Part shown: positions 26,790-35,923 of the stretch, piece by piece
Layout: each line of letters starts with the position of its first letter
How positions within the stretch are numbered: position 1 is the stretch's first letter
Assembly (NCBI GenBank): GCA_964638415.1
Contig: CAZWYP010000003.1
Location: 86,334-150,333 of the forward strand
Origin: an uncultured Gammaproteobacteria bacterium
GTDB lineage: Bacteria > Patescibacteriota > Patescibacteriia > UBA1558 > GWA2-36-10
Direction: 5' to 3'
Length of the DNA: 64,000 nucleotides
Position numbers and translations under genes: made by a program
The notes under the pieces: generated by a model
Databases searched by the model: none
The model's input: only the letters and a program-made list of their open reading frames with translations
What the model was told of the DNA's origin: nothing

Positions 26790-27221
26790 TTAGATATTAA
26801 GATCAACTAAGCCCTCAGCTATTTCCGTACTGTCTTTTTCTGAAGTCAATTGGTACTTACTCCACTTGCTTTCATCCCAGACTTCCAAGCGGTTATATAA
26901 TCCGGCCATTACTATCTTTTTATTCAAGCTGGCGAATTTCTTAAGATAATCCGGTAAAGTCATTCTCCCCTGCTTATCTAAATCCACATCCATGGCTCCA
27001 GCTAGCATCAATCTGGCAAAAGCCCGAGATTTAGCCTGGCTAATCGGCAGAGAAGAAAGCTTTTCTACCAGCTTATTCCACTCCTTGGCAGTATATATAA
27101 ATAAACAACTATCCAAGCCTTTGGTAATAATTGCGCCATCTTTAAAAAAATTACGAAACTTAGTCGGTACCGCCAATCTGTTTTTATCATCCAAATTGTA
27201 CTTATACTCACCAATAAACAT
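26790..27221 (-). CDS. mraZ: Transcriptional regulator MraZ
   Basis: The 143-aa product has two SpoVT/AbrB-like MraZ repeats (LDDKNRLAVP, LDKQGRMTLP). Confidence 0.9.
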   Translation of the reverse strand: MFIGEYKYNLDDKNRLAVPTKFRNFFKDGAIITKGLDSCLFIYTAKEWNKLVEKLSSLPISQAKSRAFARLMLAGAMDVDLDKQGRMTLPDYLKKFASLNKKIVMAGLYNRLEVWDESKWSKYQLTSEKDSTEIAEGLVDLNI

Positions 27222-27247
27222 CCCGGAGCTGCTGACTAATTAAAAAC

Positions 27248-27366
27248 TTATCCACAAAGCTGAGAAGTTATTCCCCACTTCTCACCACTTTTCTCCTCAC
27301 GTATGTCATTATACTCCACCAAGTTTTAGACTGTCAAACAAGAGTTTGTGAACATTTTGTGGATAA
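27248..27366. promoter_or_regulatory. mraZ upstream control region: three GTG(A/G)(G/T)G(A/G)(G/A) direct repeats at 10-12-bp phasing (MraZ-box-like), flanked by an inverted pair of perfect TTATCCACA (DnaA-box consensus) elements
   Basis: The minus strand reads GTGAGGAG-N4-GTGGTGAG-N2-GTGGGGAA (27273-27300). TTATCCACA sits at 27248-27256 and its reverse complement at 27358-27366. Confidence 0.5.
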
Positions 27367-27440
27367 GTATGGATTTTTTAAGTAAAAATTATAATTAAAA
27401 AATAAAAAAACACCAATGTTTATCGGTGTTTTATTTAAAT

Positions 27441-27857
27441 TTATTTAACAATTTTAAACTTGTTTTTCTTTTTAGTAATAGTAATTTCCGGTTGAGTCTG
27501 GTATTGAGCCTTAATTTGCTTAAATTTTTTAGTTTTTGCTAATGTTTTAACTAGTTTTTCTAATAAATCTTGTTCATAAAATACCCCTGCTATTGGCCGC
27601 TGGTAATTCCAGCCCAAGACATTAATAATAGTAGTTAATACTTTAACCTGAGTTAGACCGCTTTCCTCTACTGCCAAGCCAAAACCTTTAAATTTAGCCA
27701 AATTAACTTTCTGCTTGCGCAAAAACTTGTCTAAATTAAGTAAAACATTCTCTTCTCCCGGCTCAGTAGTAAATTTATGGCTAACTTTAATCTGGCCATT
27801 AGCATAAATATGCCAAGTAGCTTGGAATCTGTCTTTAGTGTGAAGAATTAGGTACAT
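27441..27857 (-). CDS. Truncated TsaB/YeaZ-like protein (N-terminal ASKHA domain only)
   Basis: The 138-aa product has a pattern (GFGLAVEESGLTQVKVLTTIINVLGWNYQRPIAGV) that matches the TsaB N-terminal region (GxGPGSFTGLRIG…A..L……PL.GV). Confidence 0.45.
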   Translation of the reverse strand: MYLILHTKDRFQATWHIYANGQIKVSHKFTTEPGEENVLLNLDKFLRKQKVNLAKFKGFGLAVEESGLTQVKVLTTIINVLGWNYQRPIAGVFYEQDLLEKLVKTLAKTKKFKQIKAQYQTQPEITITKKKNKFKIVK

Positions 27858-27863
27858 CTATTC

Positions 27864-28001
27864 TACTGCAGTGATCCCTGCCAGAAATACAGCCAAAAGC
27901 TGCTAACAATTATTACCAAGAGGAAGGAAGCGGCTAAAATCCACATCATGGCTTGAGCGCGGGAAGAACCTGCTGACATTTTCTTTTTTGTTTTGAACAT
28001 A
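27864..28001 (-). pseudogene. 45-codon duplicated N-terminal fragment of the downstream gene (signal/TM segment only)
   Basis: Segment 27939-28001 is about 90% identical to 28590-28652. It encodes MFKTKKKMSAGSSRAQAMMWILAASFLLVIIVSSFWLYFWQGSLQ*, against the intact paralog MFKTKKKMSAGSSRAQAIMWIMISSFILIIIISCLWLYFWQG…. Confidence 0.5.
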
Positions 28002-28010
28002 ACTTATTAA

Positions 28011-28652
28011 TTACATAATTCCAAATGCTGTTTTAAAAAATTTAATTTCACCTAAACACTTAAATTTATCAACAAAATCATCTTCGCTTAAACCTTTAAG
28101 GTCATAATTTAAAACTTTAATCAACTCAATGCTTGAGCAATGATTTTGGCTAAGTATATCTCTCAAATTCTCTCTATAATTCTCTAAATCTTCTTTATAC
28201 TTTGTGGCTATTCGTAATCTGTGTTCATAAGTCGCTATTAAAGCTTCACGAAATCTTGGGTCATCTTTAAAATCTGAATTCTGATCAAAATAAGCCAGTT
28301 GTTCTTCTAAACTAGTCAAGTCTCTTTCATCTAAGTACCTATCATAATAAACCCGGCTACAACCACCAGCATTTGGCCCCTCACCATTTACTGGTAAATC
28401 ATTAATTGTTATTGTTGAGCACATACTCCAATCAGCTAATTTTCTACCAAGATTATCAATTTCCTGATCACTTAAGGCTTGATGAAAAAACAATGTTTTA
28501 GTGCCTTGAATATTTTTTATATTAATTCCCTGCCAAAAATATAACCACAGGCAAGATATAATAATAATCAAGATAAAGGAACTAATCATAATCCACATAA
28601 TGGCCTGGGCACGGGAAGAACCTGCTGACATTTTCTTTTTTGTTTTGAACAT
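28011..28652 (-). CDS. Hypothetical membrane-anchored protein (N-terminal TM, C-terminal soluble domain)
   Basis: The ORF starts at MFKTKKKMSAGSS, 4 nt after the upstream gene's stop. This is preferred over the track start at 28694, which would overlap by 38 nt. One TM helix is followed by a ~170-aa domain. Confidence 0.55.
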   Translation of the reverse strand: MFKTKKKMSAGSSRAQAIMWIMISSFILIIIISCLWLYFWQGINIKNIQGTKTLFFHQALSDQEIDNLGRKLADWSMCSTITINDLPVNGEGPNAGGCSRVYYDRYLDERDLTSLEEQLAYFDQNSDFKDDPRFREALIATYEHRLRIATKYKEDLENYRENLRDILSQNHCSSIELIKVLNYDLKGLSEDDFVDKFKCLGEIKFFKTAFGIM

Positions 28653-28656
28653 ATTT

Positions 28657-29268
28657 TTACTCCTGCTTAAAATGCTTAAAATTAAAATCTTCAAATTGTG
28701 ATCTCTTTAATTCTTTAGACAGCTTATCTACCACCACAATATGGTCATTGGACAGAATATTGTAGATAAACTTATCCGTAATTTCTACGCGGTAGATATA
28801 ATCCGCTTTAGACAGGAAGGTATAGCGCAATGGCTCATTCATGCCTTCAGCAATCTTCTCCAAATAGCCATAGAAGTCATTCTTATTAACCTTCCCGACA
28901 ATTAAGACATCAGTACCGGTCGGAGCAGAAGTCAAATGGCCGGTAAAGATGAGCAAAGACAAGCCGGAAATCCTAGACATTCTTTCAGCAATCCTCATTT
29001 CCTCCAGAGTAATTGCCTTAAAGACTAAATAACGCAATTCTTTCAGCAGGGTAAAATTGGGATTAATAGTATAATACTTTTTCCCCTGCTTGTTTTCAGA
29101 TAATAAAAAACCGAACTTTTCCAGATTGGCAAGCTCTCGTCTGACTGAATTGAGCTGAATTCTCAACTGGCGCCCCAGCTCCCGAACAAAGAATTTTCCC
29201 TCCTGATTGAGACAAAAAAACTTAATTAATTTAGTGCGAGCTGCTGAACCAAAAATTTGTTCAAGCAT
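28657..29268 (-). CDS. Winged-helix transcriptional regulator with a C-terminal domain of unknown function
   Basis: The 203-aa product has an N-terminal wHTH (FVRELGRQLRIQLNSVRRELANLEKFGFL), ArsR/TrmB-like. Confidence 0.5.
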   Translation of the reverse strand: MLEQIFGSAARTKLIKFFCLNQEGKFFVRELGRQLRIQLNSVRRELANLEKFGFLLSENKQGKKYYTINPNFTLLKELRYLVFKAITLEEMRIAERMSRISGLSLLIFTGHLTSAPTGTDVLIVGKVNKNDFYGYLEKIAEGMNEPLRYTFLSKADYIYRVEITDKFIYNILSNDHIVVVDKLSKELKRSQFEDFNFKHFKQE

Positions 29269-29329
29269 TATATTGCTAAATTTACTAAATCAGCTAAATA
29301 TAGTATAATATTATTCAAAGGAATTGTAA

Positions 29330-31423
29330 ATGACAAGTCTCTCTCACCAAAGGCTATTTATTCATGACCACCTAAATGCTCGCGAATTATCTGAGGTATA
29401 TATTAGCGAACAAACAAACGGCGGTCAGCTTTTTGTTATGCTGGAGCTGCCTAAGGTTAAAATAGACCAGCAGCCGCAAATCGATGAAATAATCCGCACG
29501 GCTGCCAACCAATTCGGCCAATACCAAGGAGATAATCCCGAAGCTAATTTGGAACAGATTCTGCAAAGACTTAACCAGCTGCTGCCGGAAATTATTCCGC
29601 CCAAAATTAATCATTGGCTAAATACTCTGGATTTGGTTATTGGCATTATCCACGGCAATGGCGTTTACCTGGCCTCCTTAGGTTCAATGCAGGGGTTGCT
29701 TATCCACCACAACCAGATTACCCCTATCTTGGAAAAAACAGAGAAAATAAACCTGCTGAAGATATTTTCCGATATTGTCAGCGGAGAATTGGATCAGGAA
29801 GATGCCTTAATTGTCTCTACTAATGCCTTGTTTGATTATATTTCCCAGGAAAAAATTAGGCAGATTATTAAAAGATACACTCCGCAGGCCGCAGTTCAGG
29901 AGATTAAAAGCCTGCTGGAAACTGTGCCTAATTTTGTTAATTTCAACTCTTTAGTCATCAAAAGAGTGGGTCAGCATGATTTAAACCAAGTAGCGCCAAA
30001 GCCCCAAACCGCCGATCGGAGAGAAGAAGCAGAAAGACTGACTCCTCCTCATCAGCTAAATGACAAAAATCTAAGTAAAGGAAGGCAGACTAAAACTAAG
30101 CTGGTAATAGATTACGATAATCTGCAGAAAGTAAAACTGGTCAGCTGGCTTAAATTCTCTCTAGTTTCAGCTAAGTATTTCTTCCAAATAGTCGGCAAGG
30201 TCTGTTTGGCTATCTGGCGGGGAATTATTACTTCTTACCGCTTCCTTACTTCCAAGCAATACCGCCTGGAAAATGAAAATAATCTGCTGGAAAAAATCCA
30301 AAACAAGCTAGACGAGAGACTAAGCTGGTTTACTAAGCTTAACTGGCAGAGAAAAGTCTTGTTAATCGGATTATTCATGGTCAGCTTAATCTTTCTCCAA
30401 AGCTTAGTTTTCTTAACCCAGGAAAAATCCCTAGTCAAAAAAGATTTAGTCTATGACCAGACTATCCAACGCATTAACAATACTCTCAATGATGTGCAAT
30501 CCAGCTTAATCTACAATGACGAAAAAAGAGCCGAAGAATTGTTATTGGAAATCCAAGCCATGCTTAATGGCTTAGAGCCTAATTCCGAAGAAAGGAAAAT
30601 TGAAATTGCCAAAGCCCAAGAGAAAACTAATCGCATTCTTAATGAGGTCAGGCACATCAATTACGTGCCCGATCCTCTGGAGCTAGCTGATCTGTCCAAT
30701 TTAAACCAACCGCAGCAAATAATCCACAAAAATAACAATATCTACCTATTGGATAAGGATAAACTATACCAATTAGCAGATAACCAGACAACGGCCTTGG
30801 CAGATTTTGCTAATGGCACGGTATTAGCTGACTGGTCTGACCAGAATAAATTAATACTGGGCAATAACGACAATTTCTTAATCTATGATCTTCAAGAAAA
30901 TAAAGTAGAAAATTTCAGCTTCAATAAGACAAATGCCAATACCCAAATACAGGATGTGGCTGTTTTTGGCAATAATCTCTATGTTTTAGATACTACTAAT
31001 AGCCAGATTTTCAAATACCCGGCCCGAGGACAGTCTTTTACCGGTGGACAAAGCTGGCTGCAAGAAAGCATGGATTTAGCCAATATCTACAGCTTTACCA
31101 TTGACGGTGATGTTTACCTTATTGACAAGCAAGGCTTAATTTCCAAGTTAAACCGCGGTAGAAAAACAGACTTTAACTACCACCAGCCCCATCCGCTATT
31201 AGGCAGCCGGGTAATCATCAGAACCTTTACCGATTCTAATTATCTCTATATGATTGATCCCGACAACCAAAGGGTATTAATCTTAGACAAGGAAGGAACT
31301 ATTAAAGACCAATACACCTCTCCTAAATTTAATAATCTAACCGACCTTACTATTAATGCTGATGAAACCGGCATTTACCTACTAAACGGAAATAAGATTT
31401 ACTTGCTGGCGATTCATAAATAA
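29330..31423 (+). CDS. Large membrane protein with an N-terminal PP2C/SpoIIE-like phosphatase-like domain, a TM/coiled-coil segment, and a C-terminal beta-propeller-like repeat region
   Basis: The 697-aa product has an N-terminal ~210 aa with a PP2C-like pattern (VIGIIHGNGVYLASLGSMQGLLIHHNQITPI…DALIVSTNALFDY). A TM helix lies around residue 340. C-terminal repeats have Y(L/V)LD motifs (NNIYLLDKDKLYQL, NNLYVLDTTNSQIFKY, DGDVYLIDKQGLISKL, NYLYMIDPDNQRVLILD). Confidence 0.45.
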   Translation: MTSLSHQRLFIHDHLNARELSEVYISEQTNGGQLFVMLELPKVKIDQQPQIDEIIRTAANQFGQYQGDNPEANLEQILQRLNQLLPEIIPPKINHWLNTLDLVIGIIHGNGVYLASLGSMQGLLIHHNQITPILEKTEKINLLKIFSDIVSGELDQEDALIVSTNALFDYISQEKIRQIIKRYTPQAAVQEIKSLLETVPNFVNFNSLVIKRVGQHDLNQVAPKPQTADRREEAERLTPPHQLNDKNLSKGRQTKTKLVIDYDNLQKVKLVSWLKFSLVSAKYFFQIVGKVCLAIWRGIITSYRFLTSKQYRLENENNLLEKIQNKLDERLSWFTKLNWQRKVLLIGLFMVSLIFLQSLVFLTQEKSLVKKDLVYDQTIQRINNTLNDVQSSLIYNDEKRAEELLLEIQAMLNGLEPNSEERKIEIAKAQEKTNRILNEVRHINYVPDPLELADLSNLNQPQQIIHKNNNIYLLDKDKLYQLADNQTTALADFANGTVLADWSDQNKLILGNNDNFLIYDLQENKVENFSFNKTNANTQIQDVAVFGNNLYVLDTTNSQIFKYPARGQSFTGGQSWLQESMDLANIYSFTIDGDVYLIDKQGLISKLNRGRKTDFNYHQPHPLLGSRVIIRTFTDSNYLYMIDPDNQRVLILDKEGTIKDQYTSPKFNNLTDLTINADETGIYLLNGNKIYLLAIHK

Positions 31424-31429
31424 CACAAA

Positions 31430-31462
31430 ACAAAAAACCCCGCTAATGGCGAGGTTTTTTAT
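31430..31462 (-). terminator. Terminator-like hairpin after rplL, flanked by A/T runs on both strands
   Basis: The sequence is aaaaaaccccgctaatggcgaggtttttt. Confidence 0.45.
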
Positions 31463-31463
31463 A

Positions 31464-31868
31464 TTACTTTAAAGTAACTTTAGCACCAGCTTCTTCCAAT
31501 TTCTTCTTGATGTTTTCTGCATCTTCTTTGCTAGCACCTTCTTTGACCATGGCAGGAGCGCCATCGGCCATATCTTTAGCTTCCTTCAATCCCAACTGAG
31601 TAACTTCGCGGATGGCTTTGATCACATTGATCTTATTGTCACCAGCAGAAGTCAGCTCTACGTTGAAAGAAGATTTCTCTTCGGCAGCTTCTTGACCGGC
31701 AGCTGGAGCAGCGGCCATCATGGCCATTGGAGCAGCGGCGGTAACGCCGAATTTATCTTCCAAAATGGATACCAATTCCGATAAGTCCAACACTGACATT
31801 TTTTCAATTTCGTCAACGATTTTCTTGAACTTTTCCGGAACCTCTACGTTCTTTTTCTCTTCTGACAT
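31464..31868 (-). CDS. rplL: 50S ribosomal protein L7/L12
   Basis: The 134-aa product has an Ala-rich hinge and a C-terminal domain ([21 protein letters not shown]…[10 protein letters not shown]). Confidence 0.9.
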   Translation of the reverse strand: MSEEKKNVEVPEKFKKIVDEIEKMSVLDLSELVSILEDKFGVTAAAPMAMMAAAPAAGQEAAEEKSSFNVELTSAGDNKINVIKAIREVTQLGLKEAKDMADGAPAMVKEGASKEDAENIKKKLEEAGAKVTLK

Positions 31869-31903
31869 ATTTTTTTCTTAATACTATTTAAATTATTAAA
31901 TTA

Positions 31904-32425
31904 TTATTTCTTATCTCTAATGGCAGATAATACGCCGACTAAATTGCGCAAATTGCCGCTTAATACTCCGACGAAGCCAGTAACCGGTGACTTCAATGAG
32001 CCGACCAATTTGGACAATAGCTGTTCGCGGGATAATAGGCTGGCTAAACGCTTAACCATTTCCGGCATAATAATCTTATTCTCCATAATGCCGCCGCCTA
32101 AAACCAATTTGTCGTTTTCTTTAGCGTACTTATTTAACACGGCTGCCGCAGTAGTCGGATCGTCATAAGAGAATGACAAAGCGACTGAGCCGCTTAAATT
32201 ATTAACCTGCTCTTCTGATCCTTCAAAATCAGCTAAAGCCTTGCTTAATAAAGTTTTCTTAACTACCAAATATTCACCGCCCTTTTCTTTTAATTCGCGG
32301 CGCATTTTTTCAATAGTTTTTACATTTAAGCCTTGATCAGCGCTAAAGACTACTGACTGGCTTTTAGCCATTTTGTCCTTAACTCCAGATAAAGCTTCTA
32401 ATTTTTGTTCCTTATTTTTTGCCAT
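31904..32425 (-). CDS. rplJ: 50S ribosomal protein L10
   Basis: The 173-aa product lies immediately upstream of rplL and has the L10 pattern. Confidence 0.85.
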   Translation of the reverse strand: MAKNKEQKLEALSGVKDKMAKSQSVVFSADQGLNVKTIEKMRRELKEKGGEYLVVKKTLLSKALADFEGSEEQVNNLSGSVALSFSYDDPTTAAAVLNKYAKENDKLVLGGGIMENKIIMPEMVKRLASLLSREQLLSKLVGSLKSPVTGFVGVLSGNLRNLVGVLSAIRDKK

Positions 32426-32595
32426 AAAATTATTAAAAAAATCTGCGTAATTTACCGCAGACAGTTAAAAAACTTCAAGTTTTCTCACCTCGGCAGGATT
32501 TATATTCTAGCTAATATTAGCTAAAAAACCTACTATCTTTGGTAAATATATTTATTGTGTCCTTAGTATATATTATTCAGCTGTTTTTGTCAAAT
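32426..32595 (-). promoter_or_regulatory. rplJ 5' leader region with a stable hairpin (possible L10-autoregulatory leader)
   Basis: A 170-nt untranslated region lies upstream of rplJ. It contains hairpin tctgcg-taatttac-cgcaga and AT-rich promoter-like sequence. Confidence 0.3.
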
Positions 32596-33594
32596 CTAAT
32601 CCAGATACTTAGCTTTGTTAGCCACATGCTGATCATGATTTTCCGCATAAATAAACTCCCCTTCCTCGGTAGTCAGGAAATAATAATACGGATTAGCTTT
32701 AGGATAAATCGCCGCTTCAATGCTAGATAACCCGGGACTAGCTATTGGTCCGGGCGGCAAGCCGGCATACTTGTAAGTATTGTAGGGAGAATCTATTTCC
32801 AAATCCGCCAGAGTGGGGCGAGTTAAGCTTTTACCGGTGACAAAATTAACCGTAGCATCCGACTGCAAAGGCATGTTAATAGCCAGCCTTTTCCAAAAGA
32901 CATCAGCGACCATATTGTCATCCAAGGAATCTTTGTCGCGCTGGGAAGCTTCCCGCTCAATTATGGAAGCCAGGGTAATCACTTCAAAGATAGTCTTATT
33001 CTGCCGCTTAATCTCCTGCCGCATTTCTTCAGTTAATTTGCGATCAAAATTATCTAAAGTCTTAACTATTAAGCTATTAACATCTGCACTGTCAAAACTG
33101 TAAGTATCTGGGAAAATATATCCTTCCAAACTAGCACCTACGGGGGCATCCGCTAAAAATTCATACTCCCCTTCCCAGTCTGCCTTATCTGCAGTCAAAG
33201 CCAGCCACTGGTCAACAGCAAAACCTTTAGCACCCAAAATTTCCAAAAACTTTTCTGACTGGCGATTCCATCCTTCAATAATCGTTAAAGTATTATCCTG
33301 GCCATTGGGACCAGATAAAAGCAGTTCCGTTAAGCCTTTAATGGAAATATCGGCCGGTATGGTGTAGCTGCCGGCGACAATCTTGCCTTCGGCTTTTTTC
33401 AGCCAAACCCAAGTTTCAAAAACCAGCTTATTCTTAATTAAGCCGGCAGAATATAAATTACGGCTAATCTGGTTAACCCCTTGACCGGAAGCAATAATAA
33501 AAGCCTGATCTTCAACTTGACCATTGCCGTTAAAAAAAATAAAAATCAGCCAAATAACAGCTACAAAAATAATTACTTGAATCAATTTAAACAT
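32596..33594 (-). CDS. mltG: Endolytic murein transglycosylase MltG (YceG family)
   Basis: The 332-aa product has an N-terminal TM anchor and a YceG-like domain. Confidence 0.8.
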   Translation of the reverse strand: MFKLIQVIIFVAVIWLIFIFFNGNGQVEDQAFIIASGQGVNQISRNLYSAGLIKNKLVFETWVWLKKAEGKIVAGSYTIPADISIKGLTELLLSGPNGQDNTLTIIEGWNRQSEKFLEILGAKGFAVDQWLALTADKADWEGEYEFLADAPVGASLEGYIFPDTYSFDSADVNSLIVKTLDNFDRKLTEEMRQEIKRQNKTIFEVITLASIIEREASQRDKDSLDDNMVADVFWKRLAINMPLQSDATVNFVTGKSLTRPTLADLEIDSPYNTYKYAGLPPGPIASPGLSSIEAAIYPKANPYYYFLTTEEGEFIYAENHDQHVANKAKYLD

Positions 33595-33597
33595 AAG

Positions 33598-34680
33598 CTA
33601 CAAATAATCTCCAAAATCCTGTCCAGTTAAATCTGCCAGCAAATCCTTAACCTCATGAGCGCGGCTAGCTGGACAAAGAAAAATAACTTTATCCGTTTCC
33701 ACTAAAATCATATCTTCTACGCCAATGGTGGCAATTAATTTATTCTCCGCATAAAGCAGATTGCGATGGCTATCAATACCGACCATTTTCCCCTTAACAA
33801 TATTATCATTTGCCTGGCCAGTCAACTGGACATCGCGCAAGCTGCGCCAATGGCCAATATCCGCCCAGGCAATATCTACGGGAATTACCAGCATATTGGA
33901 CATTTTTTCCAGTAAGCCATAGTCAATGGAAATAGAAGGAATTTTAGCATACTCTTCGGTAATAACCTCGGATATATTATCCCCCTTATTGACTAAAGCC
34001 TGGTAAATACGCTCCAAGGATTGCCAAACTTCCGGCAAATACTGGCGATACCAATTCAGTAAAGAGCGGGCGGAAAAAACAAAGATAGCCGGATTCCATA
34101 AATAATCCTGACTTTGGCAATAAGCAGTGGCAGTTGCTAAATCCGGCTTTTCCTTGAAACTATCTACAGCAAAAATCGGAAACTGCTTAGTTTGATCAAT
34201 CAACTTCCCTACCTTAATATAGCCATAACCGACTTCCGGATACTGCGGCTTAATACCCAATAAAATTAATTTATCCGGCTGCTGACTGGCTAATAACCCC
34301 GCTTGCTTAATTGCCGCCAAGTATTGATCCACTTCCTTAACATAAGCATCGCTGTTAATCGTCACTATTATCGCCTGCTCGTCCCTGGCTAATAATTCTA
34401 CTGCCGCCAAGCCAATCGCCGCCGCCGTATTGCGCGACTGGGGCTCAATAAATAATTGATCAGCGGTTATAGCTACCTGCTCTTTAATTACCGGGGCCAA
34501 ATCTTGGTTGGTAATAATAAAAACCTCGCTTTTATCAAAACCAGACAATAAGCGCTGGTAGGTAGCCTGTAATAGGCTTTGATTGCCTAACAAAAAATTA
34601 ACCTGCTTGGGATTAGCCTTGGTAGACAATGGCCAAAGTCTGGTGCCAGAACCGCCAGCTAAAATTACCGGATAAAACAT
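33598..34680 (-). CDS. Mannose-1-phosphate guanylyltransferase-like nucleotidyltransferase
   Basis: The 360-aa product has an N-terminal sugar nucleotidyltransferase motif (ILAGGSGTRLWPLS) and a C-terminal left-handed beta-helix-like region. Confidence 0.7.
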   Translation of the reverse strand: MFYPVILAGGSGTRLWPLSTKANPKQVNFLLGNQSLLQATYQRLLSGFDKSEVFIITNQDLAPVIKEQVAITADQLFIEPQSRNTAAAIGLAAVELLARDEQAIIVTINSDAYVKEVDQYLAAIKQAGLLASQQPDKLILLGIKPQYPEVGYGYIKVGKLIDQTKQFPIFAVDSFKEKPDLATATAYCQSQDYLWNPAIFVFSARSLLNWYRQYLPEVWQSLERIYQALVNKGDNISEVITEEYAKIPSISIDYGLLEKMSNMLVIPVDIAWADIGHWRSLRDVQLTGQANDNIVKGKMVGIDSHRNLLYAENKLIATIGVEDMILVETDKVIFLCPASRAHEVKDLLADLTGQDFGDYL

Positions 34681-35436
34681 TTAATTAGCTAAGATTATCG
34701 TTAAACTTAATAAAGCTGTATACAAGAAAAACCAGGGAAATAGATTATTACTAACAATTTTTTTCAACAAAAACAAACTAAAATAACCAACTATCATTGT
34801 CACTATTAAACCTACTAGATAAATGGGCTGAAAAGCCAAGTCCTTGGCCGTTAAAATAAAAGAGCCGGCAATGGCTGGCGCAGCCATAATAAAAGCAAAA
34901 TCAAAAGCCTCTTTGCGAAATAAACCCAGTACTAAAGCCAAGCCAATTACTGAACCGCTGCGCGACAAGCCAGGCATCACTGCTAAACCTTGAGCCAAGC
35001 CCAAAACCAAGGCTATCCACCAGTTTAACTCCCGCTTTTCCCGGCTAAACTTAGCTGCCAATAAAAATAATGAAGTTACCATCAGCCAGCTGGCGACATT
35101 GGGCAAGGTGCGAAAGCCTTCAATCACCGGATAAAGAGTCAAGCCTACGGCGGCGGTAATTAAGCTGCTTAAGATAATATACCAACCCCACTTTTTTCTA
35201 GGATGATCGGTTTGCCAATTAAAGACAAAAGTCAGTTTAACAATCTCCCAAATTTCCCTCCGGAAAAAAAGCAAAATTACCAGCAAACTTCCCAAATGAA
35301 GAAAAACGTCAAATTGGACGCCGATATTCAATCCTAAGAGCTTTTCAAACAGCACCAAGTGGCCATCGGAAGAAATCGGCAGCCATTCGGTAATGCCCTG
35401 CACAATGCCTAAAATAATTGTGTGATAAATGCTCAT
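34681..35436 (-). CDS. uppP: Undecaprenyl-diphosphatase UppP (BacA)
   Basis: The 251-aa polytopic membrane product has conserved SRSGSVIG and N-terminal EWLPISSDGH motifs. Confidence 0.85.
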   Translation of the reverse strand: MSIYHTIILGIVQGITEWLPISSDGHLVLFEKLLGLNIGVQFDVFLHLGSLLVILLFFRREIWEIVKLTFVFNWQTDHPRKKWGWYIILSSLITAAVGLTLYPVIEGFRTLPNVASWLMVTSLFLLAAKFSREKRELNWWIALVLGLAQGLAVMPGLSRSGSVIGLALVLGLFRKEAFDFAFIMAAPAIAGSFILTAKDLAFQPIYLVGLIVTMIVGYFSLFLLKKIVSNNLFPWFFLYTALLSLTIILAN

Positions 35437-35488
35437 TGTAAATTTCTTTTAAAGTCTGATATAATTATCTTGTTTTTGATTAAACTAT

Positions 35489-35923
35489 ATGGATTATCGT
35501 CTATTTATTATCCCTATCCTGGTGATGCTAGTAGTGCAGGCCAGTAAAGTATTATTCTACCAGGGAGGCTGGGGCTGGGAAAGGTGGAAAAAAATCAATG
35601 CTTATGGCGGTATGCCTTCTTCCCATTCTGCCATGGTAACCTCTCTGACCTTCACCTTGGGATACTATCAGGGACTTAATTCGCCGGCTTTTGCTGTTGC
35701 CCTGGTCCTGGCTATGATTACCATACGCGATGCCAATGGCTTTCGTCAACAAGTCAGCCGGCACAGCGCTGTGATCAATAAATTAATCAAGGAACTGCCG
35801 GATAAAGAGGAATATAAATTCCCGGTGCTGAAAGAGATTTTCGGACACAAAACTACGGAAGTCATTGCCGGTATTCTGGCAGGAATACTCTTAAGCTATT
35901 TTCTGATTGCTGCTTGGTATTAA
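35489..35923 (+). CDS. Divergent PAP2 family membrane protein (YuiD-like)
   Basis: The 144-aa product has the PAP2-like motif GGMPSSHSA and four TM segments. Confidence 0.7.
   Translation: MDYRLFIIPILVMLVVQASKVLFYQGGWGWERWKKINAYGGMPSSHSAMVTSLTFTLGYYQGLNSPAFAVALVLAMITIRDANGFRQQVSRHSAVINKLIKELPDKEEYKFPVLKEIFGHKTTEVIAGILAGILLSYFLIAAWY

Noticed and set aside
27248-27366. Pair of perfect DnaA boxes as a chromosomal replication origin
   Set aside because: There are only two boxes, with no AT-rich DUE cluster beyond the generic promoter AT-richness and no dnaA/dnaN adjacency. The pair more likely reflects promoter regulation or chance.
28653-28694. Longer start for the 28011 gene (track start 28694)
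   Set aside because: It would overlap the upstream gene by 38 nt. The Met at 28652 is duplicated, with conserved context, in the 63-bp repeat, which supports it as the true N-terminus.
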